Shown here in pieces: positions 45,625 to 57,364 of a DNA stretch of 64,000 nucleotides. The DNA comes from Cyanophora paradoxa CCMP329 (taxonomy: Eukaryota; Plantae; Glaucophyta), in contig QPMI01000199.1 of the NCBI GenBank assembly GCA_004431415.1, forward strand, positions 1 through 64,000. Reading direction: 5' to 3'. Position 1 is the first letter of the stretch. Each line of letters opens with the position of its first letter. Position numbers and translations under genes: made by a program. The notes under the pieces are model-generated. The model saw nothing but the letters and a program-made list of their open reading frames with translations. It did not search any database and was not told where the DNA came from.

Positions 45625-46670
45625 ATTGCACAATCATTGAATGCCATTGGCCCCGGTGGCCCCGCGGGGCCCGGCCCGCCCGGGCCCGCCCGGCCCCGCC
45701 GGCGCCGCCGCCGGCGCCGCGTCGCCTCATTGGAAGTTTTTTGCAAGGTTAACGCTTAAAAAAAGCAAGTTGCAAGTTGCAACTTGCTTTTTTTAAGCGT
45801 TAACCTTTCAGGTAGCCTGGAAGCGTTTTAAGCGTTTTTTTTTCTTGCAGCCTGGAAGTTGCAGGTAGGGCACTGGCCAGTCTGCCCTCCCTTCGGCCAG
45901 CGGGCCAGCCCAAGTAGGGCACTGGCCGGGGAGGTCTTGCATTGGCCGGCGGCCCAGCCCAAGCCGCCGAAGCTCGGCCGCTGGCCCGGGGCTGGCCGCC
46001 AGCCTCCAGCCAAAACTTGGCCGGCCAGCTGGCGGCCGGCGCCAGCCTCTAGCTAGGACTCCGGGGCTTGGTCACACACCGGGTCGGCCAGGCTGGCCAG
46101 CCGGCCAGCCTTAAAGCCCGCCCTTGTTTAATGAAAGCCGTGACATAAATTAAACCCGCATTTCTAACTGGTTTATAACACCCGTTAATAACAAGCGCTG
46201 TTGATGTTATCAAGTCTCACCCTCAAGCCCCACCCCTAGCCTCAAGCCTGCGCCCCAGCCAGTGTCACCGGCCAGCTGGCCGCCCCTTAATGCCGAAAAG
46301 TGCTGACCCGGCTGGCCGACGAATCGGGAGGCTGGGCCAGCCCAAAAGCCTTAAACCTGCCGGCCAGCTGGTCGGCCTGGCCGCCGGCCAGTGCCCTAAG
46401 CCCAAGCCGCCGAAGCCCAGCCAGCGGCCCGGGGGCCGGGGCTGGCCGCCAGCTTCCAGCCTTCTTGCAGGCTTAACTTGCAGGCTTAACTTGCAGCCGG
46501 GCCGTTGCAGCTTGCAAGTTGCTTTTTTTTTGCAGCCGTTGAACTTGCAATTGCCAATTCAATGATTGCAAGCTTAAGTCACTGAGTTGCAAACGTTAAC
46601 TTGCAATTTGGCAAGCTTACTCCCAGTAAGTTGCAAGTTGCAACTTGCAAGTTGCACTTAAATTGCAAGT
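45625..46670. repeat. Degenerate foldback/MITE-like region
   Basis: Inverted CAATCATTGAAT / ATTCAATGATTG, TTGCAAGTTGCAAC arrays at both sides, and internal GCCCAAGCCGCCGAAGC direct repeats. Confidence 0.5.
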
Positions 46671-47214
46671 TGCATAGGTATCCGAGGTAACCCATTCGTC
46701 TAACTTAATCCCCGTCTAGTGTCTAAAGGGGGTACTTCATAGTGCTGCCTGTATTGAGCGGCCAGCGCATCTCGTCTAACTTTGTCCACGTCTATCGCGA
46801 TGGGTGGGCAAACGTCTAACTAAATACCCGCCTAACATTGTACATTGACAGTATAGTAGACTCAGTTACAGTATTCATGGCCGATGGTCCGATCATGTGA
46901 CCGGTCACGACTCACGGGCATCCTCCGAGGCTCGAGCTCCGGGCCTGTATACTATATGTGATATATGGCAATAGCCAGACTCAAATTTCTGCAGCAATTC
47001 TGCTGCGGAATTCGAAAGCCGGCCGCTGAGCGTCCGACGCCGGAGTCCGGACCAACGGTCGCGATTCTACTAGCGCTATAGCTATATATATAGCTAGCTA
47101 TAGGCTATAATAGCCTATAGGCCCGGCTGAGGCTAGATCTGTGGCCTGGGCCCCCGGCCCGGCCCTGGAGTCGACGTTGACGACGTCGACCGCGCGAGTA
47201 TCACGTGCACGGTA

Positions 47215-47488
47215 CCGTAAAACACTTAATTAATGCGCTCGATATTACTAAAGTTAATGCGTTTTTGGACCCGGACCCCTCGTATGGCTAATAATGCGCC
47301 CCCAAATTAATGCGTTTTGGTCCTAACTTTTGGAGCTTTCTGCCTGCGTTAGGCCGGGGGGTACATACCGCAGTTTTCTTAGCGTTTCAATATTAATGCG
47401 CCCCCGAATTAATGCGTTTTGCCTGCGGAAAACGCATTAATTAGGGGGCGCATTAATTAAGTGCGCGCATTACTTAAGTGTTCTACGG
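47215..47488. mobile_element. MITE, Tc1/pogo type
   Basis: TA-CCGTAAAACACTTAATTAATGCGC ... GCGCATTACTTAAGTGTTCTACGG-TA: 24-bp imperfect TIR, TA TSD. Confidence 0.88.
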
Positions 47489-50400
47489 TAGCCCGTACTA
47501 CCGTAGTACGGTAGCTATAGCCGTCGCGATCGCCGAGTCGGTAGCCTTTGCGTATACCGGTAGGCCCTCACTGATGAGTCATGATCAGGGTCTGAGGTAA
47601 ATCAGGAGCATCGGATTTCGATATTCGGTAGTCGGTCATCAGTCTTGTAAACCGTACGCGTATACGTACGCGTATGCATATGTCGCATTCCAACTTTTGG
47701 CAAATTAGACTCGAGACGCTGAGCTCACTATATTTCTCGCTTCGAATTCTCACTCCGCGCATGGCGACACACGCATCTGCGCATTCAAATGGCCAGCAGC
47801 TGCAGCTGCAGCATGTTCACGCGCAACGCGGTACACGAAGCGCGAGCGGCAGCTCCATGCGAATCCTCAGCCTCTTCCGCGGCGTCGGCCGCGGACTGTT
47901 CTCATGCGCGCACGCGCAGTCGACGTCGGCTGCAGCTGCAGCTGCAGGTCCTATGCCTGTGATCATGACCATCGATGCATCGCCCGCTCCCGCGGCGTCA
48001 AGTCTGAAAAGCGATGGCAATCTCGAGCTCGGAAGCGAAACGGAAGCGACAGCTGCGCATGCGGCCGCGGGTGGCAGCGGCCATGGGTTTCCTTGCAATT
48101 ACGGAATCGGATCAATCCAGCTTGGATTACCTTCGAACGCGTACGCGGGCGTGGAAGCCGCCAAATACTCTATTGCGGTCACAACTGAGGAGGTGCGAAA
48201 TTTATCCGTTCATTGCATTGTCGACGATAATTATTTTTCCCTCTTTTTGATCATGACGCCGCGATCGACGTCGACTGCAGATGTGGCGCGCCGTCACCGA
48301 TTGCACGAACGTTCTCAATTTCGACAAATACACGAATTTCCACACCTGCATGTTCAGGCGAGTCGCTGCATATCTAGATCTGTTCGATTCCGCTCCCGCA
48401 ATCCGATGATCGAAACTGATCATGATGATGATACGCCGGCACTCCGGGCCCGGTCACGGCGCAGGGCTCTAAGAACGCAGTTCAGCGAACAGGAAGCACA
48501 CGAGAAAGCTCGCAAGGATTTTGTCGCGGATTCCCAGCACGGCCTCTCAGTGACGAGGTCTCGCTTTGAGACCATGATGCACGTACGTCAAATTAATATT
48601 CATTTAAAGGCTCCGACGAGCGCACGGGCTCACATTCCGTTTAAATGTCAGACCCTCGCTGACAGGTGGACGTCTGAGCACGGCCAGTCGCGGCCCGAGC
48701 AGTGCGTACACGCTGACCTCTCCCATAAATATGCATGCACATGTGTGGCAGCGGGCCGGGGCGGCTGCCGCTGCCAACGTTAACTTCAACAACGGAGCAT
48801 TCATGGCAGCTGACCGTGAAATTCGAATCCAATTCGCAGGGCGGACGAATTTTTGAAAAGCATATTACAAGCCACAACGGTCCAGCCGCCGCGTTGCTCC
48901 GTTCGCGTCATGCTTCACTGGAGCGGTTTGCGAATTTGATCCGATGATCGATCTTCTCTCATCATGGCGAATTTGATCTTCTCGCGCGCAGACGTTCGGA
49001 TCGGCTGTTGCATCCCGAAATCGATGCAGCAGCGTATAATGACGGCAGTAAGCGCCTCAGATTCGCCCCAGCCGCCCTCGAACTCAAGCTTCAGGCCCTG
49101 AGGGCAAGAATGCGCCGGCTACAATCAGCAATCAAGTTCAATTGCAACCGCCAACGCCCGGCCTCTTCGACAGCGCTAGCGTCGACGCCGACGCCGACGT
49201 CGTCGACGTCGCTGCGCTCCGACTCGTATTCCAACAGAACCGAGGTGGCCATGGAGAGTTCCGTGGAGCACGGTCGGGAAGACCGTCTCTCGCCAGCAGC
49301 CATCCGCTTCCGTCGGCTCTCAGAGGGCAGCATTGATATCGCGCGTGTGGCGAGCCGCAGCAACGCGTACGAATCGAAAGAGCCGGCGCGCCGGCGGGGA
49401 TCCACGGGATCCAAGTTTGCCGAGGCGGTGTCCGTTGTTGCGGGATCCGGGACCGGGTCCGGCGCGGATAGCGAACGCAGCGCGAGCTCGAGCCCCAAAG
49501 ACCAAAGCTCCGCACTACGGCGGTTTGCTGTGCTGAACGCTGCTCGGATGTCTGTCGGCTTTAAGGTGCGGATCCCGGCCCGGCGGAATCGTACATGCAT
49601 GCGCACGCGTACGCGTATACGTACAGCGGCAGCTGCAGCTGCATATGCATGCGCATGCGCAGCTCATGGTGCTGCGCGATATCTGAATTAAACATATGCA
49701 TAAATATATGCAGATCTATATATATGGGATCATACAAAATATATATAGCTAATTTACAATGCTGATCATAAGGGCTGCTTCAGATGGCGAGCTGATCACC
49801 GTGGCACATGCATGACCGATGGCGCGATCGCGATCCTTCAGCTTCATTTTGCAGTCACAGAGCGTAATTGATAAGTATATGCATATATCGCGAGCCGTGT
49901 TGTTTTTAGTATCACCGATACCGCCGCAATTGCAAATAATCATACATATTGCAAGGGGGGAAAGAAGACCGAAGGTCTTCCCCCCTTGCTTCCCGTTCCC
50001 TCGCTTCAGCCAAAATTTCTTCTATGAGGCCGTTTTCGAGGTCCAGTTTGCAACAAAAATGTGCCGAAATTCGGTTGCAGCGACACGTGTTTGTCGCTGC
50101 GGCCGTCCATGCAAAAAGGGGTTTTCGAGGGCGAAGACCAGTTTTCCTCGCCTTGACGCCTGGAAACCAACTTCTTTCTCATTCCGGTCTTCGAATTCCT
50201 TGCGCGGTTCTGCATGGAACCAGTTCTCCCTAGCTGTCTCCTCTAGATTTCGGCTTCCTCGCAGTGCGTCGCGTACGCCTTGCTCTTCGAAATTCGTTGC
50301 GCGGTTCTGCATGGAACCACTTCTCCCTAGCTGTCTTGCTCGATCTCCTCTAGATTTCCACTTCCTCGCACTGCGCCGCGTACGCCGCACGGAATTTCTT

Positions 50401-50531
50401 AAAAATTCTCCCTAGCTGTCTTGCTCGATCTCCTCTGGATTTCCACTTCCTCGCAGTGCGCCGCGTACGCCGCACGGTACCCGTGCCGCCTGGACTACTT
50501 TTGCACCGCAGCACGTGCACCGACGCACGCG

Positions 50532-50604
50532 ACACATATGAATATTCATATTTTAATCCCTCGGCGTTCCGCCTCAGGATTAAAATATGAATATTCATAT
50601 GTGT
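50532..50604. repeat. AT-rich hairpin with perfect 28-bp arms
   Basis: ACACATATGAATATTCATATTTTAATCC / GGATTAAAATATGAATATTCATATGTGT. Confidence 0.92.
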
Positions 50605-51817
50605 GATTCGATGTTATATCAATAAAATCGATTAATTTATTTGAATTTTCACATGAATTTTCATATTTTTATATGCATTTTCAATTAATTTAATCGATAT
50701 TATATCGATAAACTCGATTAATCGACAAGATCCGTGCTCCTGCGGAGCACTAAGTACGGCGAAGCCTCGCGGACGCCCTCGCGGCTGTCACAGTAGGCCT
50801 ATAGGGCACTGGCCAGCGGCCTGCAGCTGGCCGATCGCGAACAGCTTTTTGGCTGGAAGCTGGCCGCCGGGCTGGCTGACGGCCAGTCCAGCTACCGCTG
50901 GCCGGCTAGAGGAATATAACTAGAGGAATATTAATGTACTGAGGAAATAAAGGGAGGCCGGAGCAAGTTGAGAGGAGATGAATTATATAATATTGTTGAG
51001 AGGGAGGCCCGGAAGGGGCGAGATTCTCACGGCCAGACGCATGCACAGAGCTTGCGAATCGCTTAAACAGAACCTTGAATGCATATAGCATCGATGTGCG
51101 GGGCTGCGGAGGCGAGGCGAGGGCGCGCGGAAAGACGTGCAGGTCCGTGAAGGATCGAATTTTCGGGGTCGGCTGGGTCCCCGCGGCCCGCGGCCGGCGC
51201 ATCTGTAAAGCGTGCGGAATGCTTTGTCTACATCTTAAATGCTTATGCTATCGTTCCGCGCATGCGCCGCGGCGTGGGCGCGCAAAAAGAGAGATGTCCG
51301 GGCCTGTCTAGGATCGAATTTTTGCCGTCGGGAGCCTTCCTGCGCTCTTCCGGCTCCGAAAAGCGGATTTCGGGGGTGCGCAGGCCCTGCTATGTCTATG
51401 CGCGCCCGTACGCATCGATTGCGCGCGTCGCGGGACCGGCCGGAACCGGCCGGATCAAATTTTCGGCCGACTCTTCGCACTGGAGCGTCGACGGCGCCCG
51501 AAATCGAGTTTGCGGCGAAGCGCTCGCCCTCGCGCGTCATTCTGTATCGTTCTGGGGCGTCCCTGGCGCGATTTCGTCGCGGGACCGGGCGGGACCGGGT
51601 CCCACCTTCTGACCCGGACTGCATTTGTCGGAGGTTAAGTACCGGAATTGATCCAGAGGGAAATTCGATTTTCGTGCGACGCCCACGGGCGAGCGGTCGT
51701 CTTAGCGGAGCCAGGACGCTAAAAATGGATCTAGAGAGGTTTGTGGGGGTTAGGGTAGCTGAGTCATTAGCGGCAATCGCGTCGGTGTCGAGGCAGAATT
51801 AATAATTCTGCCTCGAG

Positions 51818-52114
51818 ACACATAGAGAAAGCCCGCGTTTTATCCCTCGGCTAAGTTTAATTATATTTTGTTTATATTTTACCTATATTTCTTGCATATT
51901 TTACGATAATTTATGTGTATTTTATCCTTTATTCTTGTCTTTTATGTGCGTATTTCATATATAATACTAACGTTTCTCTTACTGAAATTTATTTTATTCG
52001 TATCTCCGATGTATTTTACCTGTATCTCTCGTAATCACTTGTATTTGAGGTGGAATTTAAACTTAGATAAATTATATCACGCCTCATGATAAAACGCGGG
52101 CTTTCTCTATGTGT
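51818..52114. repeat. Perfect 27-bp inverted repeat at the PLV left end
   Basis: ACACATAGAGAAAGCCCGCGTTTTATC (51818-51844) / reverse complement (52088-52114), preceded by the palindrome TCGAGGCAGAATT-AAT-AATTCTGCCTCGA (51788-51816). Confidence 0.92.
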
Positions 52115-52395
52115 GATATTACGCATTATCGTGTATAATGATATGGAAATAATATGTGTTTGCATTTAATGAAAAATATGTTTTTAATTATACAAGAAAT
52201 ATGTATGAAATTATAATGGAATTCCAACGAAAAATAATAAAATGTTCTTTTGGATTAAATGTGTAGCGTATATGGAGCGGATATGGCGCGATGTAAACAG
52301 CTACAAGGTGCTGTATGGAGCGCGGGACGTGTAATATAATAAGGATAACATATTATTCTTTATAGATCTTATGTTATTATAATGGTATTTTCTAT

Positions 52396-52718
52396 GTGTA
52401 ACAGGTGTAACAGGTTCATCCCAAACTTTCCCCTAGGAGGAGGTCGGCGGTTTGGAACTTTGGGATTGACCTGTTACACCCGTTACAACGTAAACAACTA
52501 CAATGTGCTGTGTGGGAGGCGGAGCGTATAATACAATAAAGATAACGTAGTATTACTTATGGTATATTATGTTATTTTAAGACTGAGATTATGTTATTTT
52601 AATGGGTTCTTACTGAAAATGGTATGTGTAACAGGTGTAACAGGTTCATCCCAAACTTTCCCCTAGGAGGAGGTCGGCGGCTTGGAACTTTGGGGAGAAC
52701 CTGTTACACCTGTTACAC
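52396..52718. repeat. Two tandem copies (52396-52487, 52626-52718) of a 92-93 bp iteron-bearing palindrome
   Basis: GTGTAACAGGTGTAACAGGTTCATCCCAAA..CCTAGG..TTTGGG..ACCTGTTACACC(T/C)GTTACA. Confidence 0.93.
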
Positions 52719-53192
52719 CACACTGAAATACTATAAATTAACCTGTTACATCTTCTTTTACCACTTATTACCGTGTCGGAAATCTCGATAGCTTATGTCT
52801 CTCCGTTTGCGGTGATCCACCAAAGATACCTACTATCCTCTCTTCTATTAAACATGATATATTACATGTCTTTCGTTATGAAACAAGAAAAGATCTTTAA
52901 ACTAAACAGTAGTTTTAGTTTATTGTATAATTTACAAAAATTGTTTTGTTTTTCATCAATTAACACTTACAGTAAACTGTTTTACTGTCTGATTTATTGT
53001 TAATTCTTTCACATTTTGCGAAAACCTTGACGTTTAACACTCAGGTAGCCTGATTTTATTGACAGTAAACACGAAAATCTCACTGTATATCGTGCGAAAA
53101 ATGAAAGCCCCGTGAGCAACACAAATTGATTTAAGGAAGTTGCGATATAGAGGGGTAAGAAAGAAAAATATTTTCTGTGTAAGAGATAAGTA

Positions 53193-53885
53193 ATGATGGA
53201 TCGCGTGGCTGATATACCTGCTATCTTTGAAAATTATAATAGAAATCGCGCTTTTAATATTCCGATAGAAGGAAATCCTGCTTTTTCAGAAATTCTTAAA
53301 ATAAATAAGTTTCATCTTAACGAAATGCTTACAGTTATACGTGCGATTGAAATAGGACGGCATGGATTCGGTGATGACCTTAAACTTACTCATATCTCCT
53401 CTATTGGTTACTATCCGTCAAATACCAATGATGTATATGTTCATACCTATGATAATCGGTTTTTTCGGATGTATGAAGACGAAATAGAAGGGGATGAGAG
53501 GGTAACCATTGATAATTATAGAAAAATCTTAGACTTAACGGATGTTTTCAATGATGAAATTGAGGTTCAAAACGAATTATGTTTTCTTCTGGTTCGTGTA
53601 AGGCATGAAATAGATTATATCGCACATCGGCTGGAAAGAGAAAAGTTAGACCGTCGTGTTTATCTTAATGTGCCTAAACGTGATCTTTCACGTGTTCATG
53701 ATAAATTCGAAGAATTCGGTTTAGTCATCAGAAGCCGTGCAAGTCTCCGTAAATTGCTACATAAACATGGTGCAATTTGGACAAAAGAAACAGGATGGTA
53801 TATAGCCGAGCAAAATGATAATAATAAAATTCTTGTGGATATATTCGGTGATCATGATCCATTCACCGATGATGAAGAAGATTAA
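53193..53885 (+). CDS. PLV hypothetical protein with DUF5710-like C-terminal motif
   Basis: Intact 230-aa ORF; RVYLNVP...HGAIWTKETGWYI. Confidence 0.75.
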   Translation: MMDRVADIPAIFENYNRNRAFNIPIEGNPAFSEILKINKFHLNEMLTVIRAIEIGRHGFGDDLKLTHISSIGYYPSNTNDVYVHTYDNRFFRMYEDEIEGDERVTIDNYRKILDLTDVFNDEIEVQNELCFLLVRVRHEIDYIAHRLEREKLDRRVYLNVPKRDLSRVHDKFEEFGLVIRSRASLRKLLHKHGAIWTKETGWYIAEQNDNNKILVDIFGDHDPFTDDEED

Positions 53886-54792
53886 TCAATACCTAACGCT
53901 AAAAATTCCAATTGGAACGAATTATCGATACCGTTCATATCTACAACATCACCATAATAATCACGAAACTCTACCGTTAACTCATTAATCACCAAATTTC
54001 GATCGTTTATTTTTATGTATTCGCCATGCTCTCCGCTATGGTAGATATACTTCCCGATGTCCTGACTTAATTGTAAACGCAAAATTGCGCCTTGGTTCTG
54101 TGGTTGCGATCGTGGGACTATATTATGGTTTGCCGCAAATGTGGCAATTTCTTTAATGTGCATATAAATGTATTGTTCAGCGTTCATGTCCGCCATCTTT
54201 GGACTAACCGCTTTAAAAGCCATCGGCGCCGCTACTAACTCCGCTCCCTCGAATGTTATCCCCACTGTGGGTGATCTGGTGTTATCGGAGTCCCCGCATA
54301 AAATAAGATATTTTCGGGAGCATATAAAGACCTATTATTATCTATTATCTGTGCTGCGCTTCCTAATAATGTTGTTGCACTGAGACCCAATAACTTAGCT
54401 ATCCTATTGTTTCCTGCGATGAGTTCAAAAGCATAATTACTATAAAACTCTAACTTGTATGTCGTCGGATTGTAGTAGATCTTAAATAATATATTGTCAG
54501 TAACGGCGTAATTCAAACCGTAATTATACGGCTGTGTCACACCAAAGTGTCCTTGGTTTATGTAACCACTCGGTAATGGGTATACTTGCTGATTAAGATA
54601 AACACCATCAATATTGTATCGTATAGTTATAAAATCGGTTCCTATTGAATTATAGATACTGTTCGGAATCTCAGCATACAAAACGCGACATTGCCGCGGT
54701 TTGGTTATTGGTCTTGTGAGTGCAACCCTATAAGAGTTTTCTTTTTGTCCTTGTTGTCGATCTCTACTATCGACATTGATAAGACGAATCAT
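53882..54792 (-). CDS. Minor capsid (penton)-like protein 1, frameshift near 54290
   Basis: N-terminus LINVDSRDR..YRVAL..AEIPNSIYN; C-terminus INELTVEFRDYYGDVVDMNGIDNSFQLEF. Both are typical of PLV/NCLDV penton-like proteins. Confidence 0.78.
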
Positions 54793-54821
54793 TTTATTAT
54801 ATGAATATACATTAAAGAAAC

Positions 54822-55830
54822 ATGCCGGTCGAATATGTCGAAGTTTCATCATTTAGACAGGCTCCTAATCTCGATGCGCCGACGTCTAAGTTTATCGCTG
54901 AATTACCAAAGATGTATGAGAATGTAAGAGCTGTCCGACTTGTTTCGGCGGAATTCTATAACTCCATTCCTCTTATCAGCGGTGAAAGTGTCCCGGAGAT
55001 GTCACAGTTAATGATTCTTTCACTATTAATTTTAGTATCGCTAATTCAGCTATCAACTCTACCAATGCACCCGCTCCGGTTTCGATGTTTGGCGCTCGAT
55101 TCGTCCCGGTCAAAATATCGGAAGCACAGTAATTAATACGCATCAGGAACTGGTTAACCGTATAAATACTCGTTTTGCTGGGGCTACACCCGATCCTCAA
55201 ATTAGGTGTAAATGGGAAACCGAAAATAAACGCGTAATATTCTATGCTCCACATGAATTTTACATAGCATTCACGACTGCTAAGGATCCTTCTAGTTCGA
55301 TGGCTGAAAAGTCAAACCGACACGGTCGTATGCTTGGTCTCGATGCCGGAAGAGCCGGTAACCGTTTCATCAAATCTAACATTTACTCAACTGAATATGA
55401 TTCAGTTTTTACCGGTGCTAATGTTCATGGTATCATCTCTACATTCCCTACTGAGAGTTGCAAAGATAATGTATTATTCGTGAGAGTAAAAGAACTGGGT
55501 GACCTCGTTCAGTGTTCCGATGGTCTTTTATCTGGATATTTCCATAAACTCGTAGTGCAAGATAAAGACTTTGCGGAACACGTTGTTTATAACTCAACAG
55601 AAGCAAACCCGTTATATAAATATTATGGTAAATCATTCTCTATTTCTCAATTGTCCGTAGAAATTGTGAATGCTCAAAACGAATTAATTGATTTCGAAGG
55701 GCAACCTGTGCATTTAACTTTCGAGATCCGATATGGAAATGAGCCCGCCGGTGATCCTATTTATGAGTATTTCAAAATGCGGATGGCGGAAACGCATCCG
55801 AATTATCCGGTGATTTGCAATTTTGGATAA
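54822..55830 (+). CDS. Minor capsid (penton)-like protein 2, frameshifted
   Basis: N-terminus VSSFR..FIAELPKMYENVRAVRLVSAEFYNS; C-terminus ISQLSVEIVNAQNELIDFEGQPVHLTFEI. Confidence 0.72.
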
Positions 55831-55881
55831 TTAAGGATCATTCACAGAATTTTTATATTTTATTATTGTAAAAGAGAAAAC

Positions 55882-57282
55882 ATGGACGTCACGACAACCC
55901 TCCAACGTCTTTCCCTCAAAGAGGCGCTAACCACCCCCGAAGAGGCGAAGGCGTTCTTCCTCGATAACTCGCTTATGCTTGGTCTGGAATCGAAGACGAA
56001 ACCCGTTCTCGTTACTGTTAGCCCATCGACAACCTTCCCTAACAACGCTGCGCAACGAGTAAGTTTCAAACTTCCACGTTACAACTTTATCGGTAAGCTG
56101 GAACTCGCTTTTGATCTTAGCGAAATTGCGGGTTTCATCGGTGATACTGATCTTGTTCGTAATGGTTATGTGCGCCCCGTCGGCGCTCTTGTAGAGCGTC
56201 TCGAAATCTCGTATGGCTCTTACCTTTTCACTGTGCCTTCTGATTTCCTCGCTCACTTCCCTCTGGTTTACTATTCGGAGGATCAGCTAGCGAAAAAGAA
56301 ACGTTCGGCTGGTTTCCTACACGGCATCCCACAACACGGAACTAACCGACTTGGTGGGTCATTCTTTGTGGAAATCCCGGTTCCGTGGTTAAACAGTTAC
56401 CTACCACTTGGCGCGCTCTCAGGCGAAATGGTAGTTACCGCATGGTTCCGTGACCCCGCTAAGGGTGGATTCATTGAGACTTCTTATGGTGGTCGCGCTC
56501 TTCCGGTTGTAGGTGGAACCGCTGCCGATCAAACCGCTAATGACGGTCTCGGAGACGCTACTAATGTAACCCTTGCTAATGTCGGTCAAAACATCACAAC
56601 TGGAACCATTACCGGTCTGTCTATTCCATCATCTGCACCCGTGGATACTATTATGATCACCAACCCACGCCTTTACATGCATGCCGTCAATGTTTCCGAT
56701 GAGCTGTTCGCTACGGTCATTGAGAAGGTTAAGACTACTGGTATTGCGATTCCGGCTATCGACATCGGCTACGTCGATGCTTTCGATGTTGCCGCCAACG
56801 GCAACAACCAACCCAACCGTATTAACATTAGCCAAATGTCGGGGCTTGCTTTCGCTCTTCTATTCTCGGTTCGTGACTACCTTAAAACCGGTCAGGATAA
56901 CAGCGGCTCCCACAGTGTCCTTAAAACATATGCGGACTCGAAGGATATCACATACACGGTGGAGATTAACGGACAGCGTCTTTATTCCACGGAGCCTATC
57001 CCACTCCTCAAAGGTGCGGAACTCATCGCCGATGCATTCAAGTGTTCTAACATGGATAAGGAAGCTAACCGCTATGTCCTGTCCGGTCTGCCTTTCTGTC
57101 TGGACGGAGAGAAGGCAATTCGTAACATTGCCCAAAGTGGTTATGTCGATCTAACTAACTCCTCATCAAGTTTCCTAACCCTCTACGTCCCACAAAACAT
57201 GCGCCTTACTGTTAACGTGCGCGCTCTCATGCATACTATGTTAATTTGTGATCGTGACGGATTGAGACGAGTCAATCTCTAA
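55882..57282 (+). CDS. Major capsid protein (double jelly-roll, PLV type)
   Basis: 466 aa, beta-rich, RVSFKLPRYNFIGKLELAF, FVEIPVPW..YLPL; positioned between a penton and the packaging ATPase. Confidence 0.82.
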   Translation: MDVTTTLQRLSLKEALTTPEEAKAFFLDNSLMLGLESKTKPVLVTVSPSTTFPNNAAQRVSFKLPRYNFIGKLELAFDLSEIAGFIGDTDLVRNGYVRPVGALVERLEISYGSYLFTVPSDFLAHFPLVYYSEDQLAKKKRSAGFLHGIPQHGTNRLGGSFFVEIPVPWLNSYLPLGALSGEMVVTAWFRDPAKGGFIETSYGGRALPVVGGTAADQTANDGLGDATNVTLANVGQNITTGTITGLSIPSSAPVDTIMITNPRLYMHAVNVSDELFATVIEKVKTTGIAIPAIDIGYVDAFDVAANGNNQPNRINISQMSGLAFALLFSVRDYLKTGQDNSGSHSVLKTYADSKDITYTVEINGQRLYSTEPIPLLKGAELIADAFKCSNMDKEANRYVLSGLPFCLDGEKAIRNIAQSGYVDLTNSSSSFLTLYVPQNMRLTVNVRALMHTMLICDRDGLRRVNL

Positions 57283-57364
57283 TAAAGAATGTATGTGTTT
57301 GTTACCATTATTTAGTCATATTTCGTTATTTTTATCTATCTTTATTAAGAAGATCTACAACACC

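Noticed and set aside
47674-49691. Host protein-coding gene
   Set aside because: Some exon-like stretches, but no recognisable domain or consistent splice model.
51747-51758. Telomeric GGGTTAGGG near the PLV junction
   Set aside because: A single unit only; no array.
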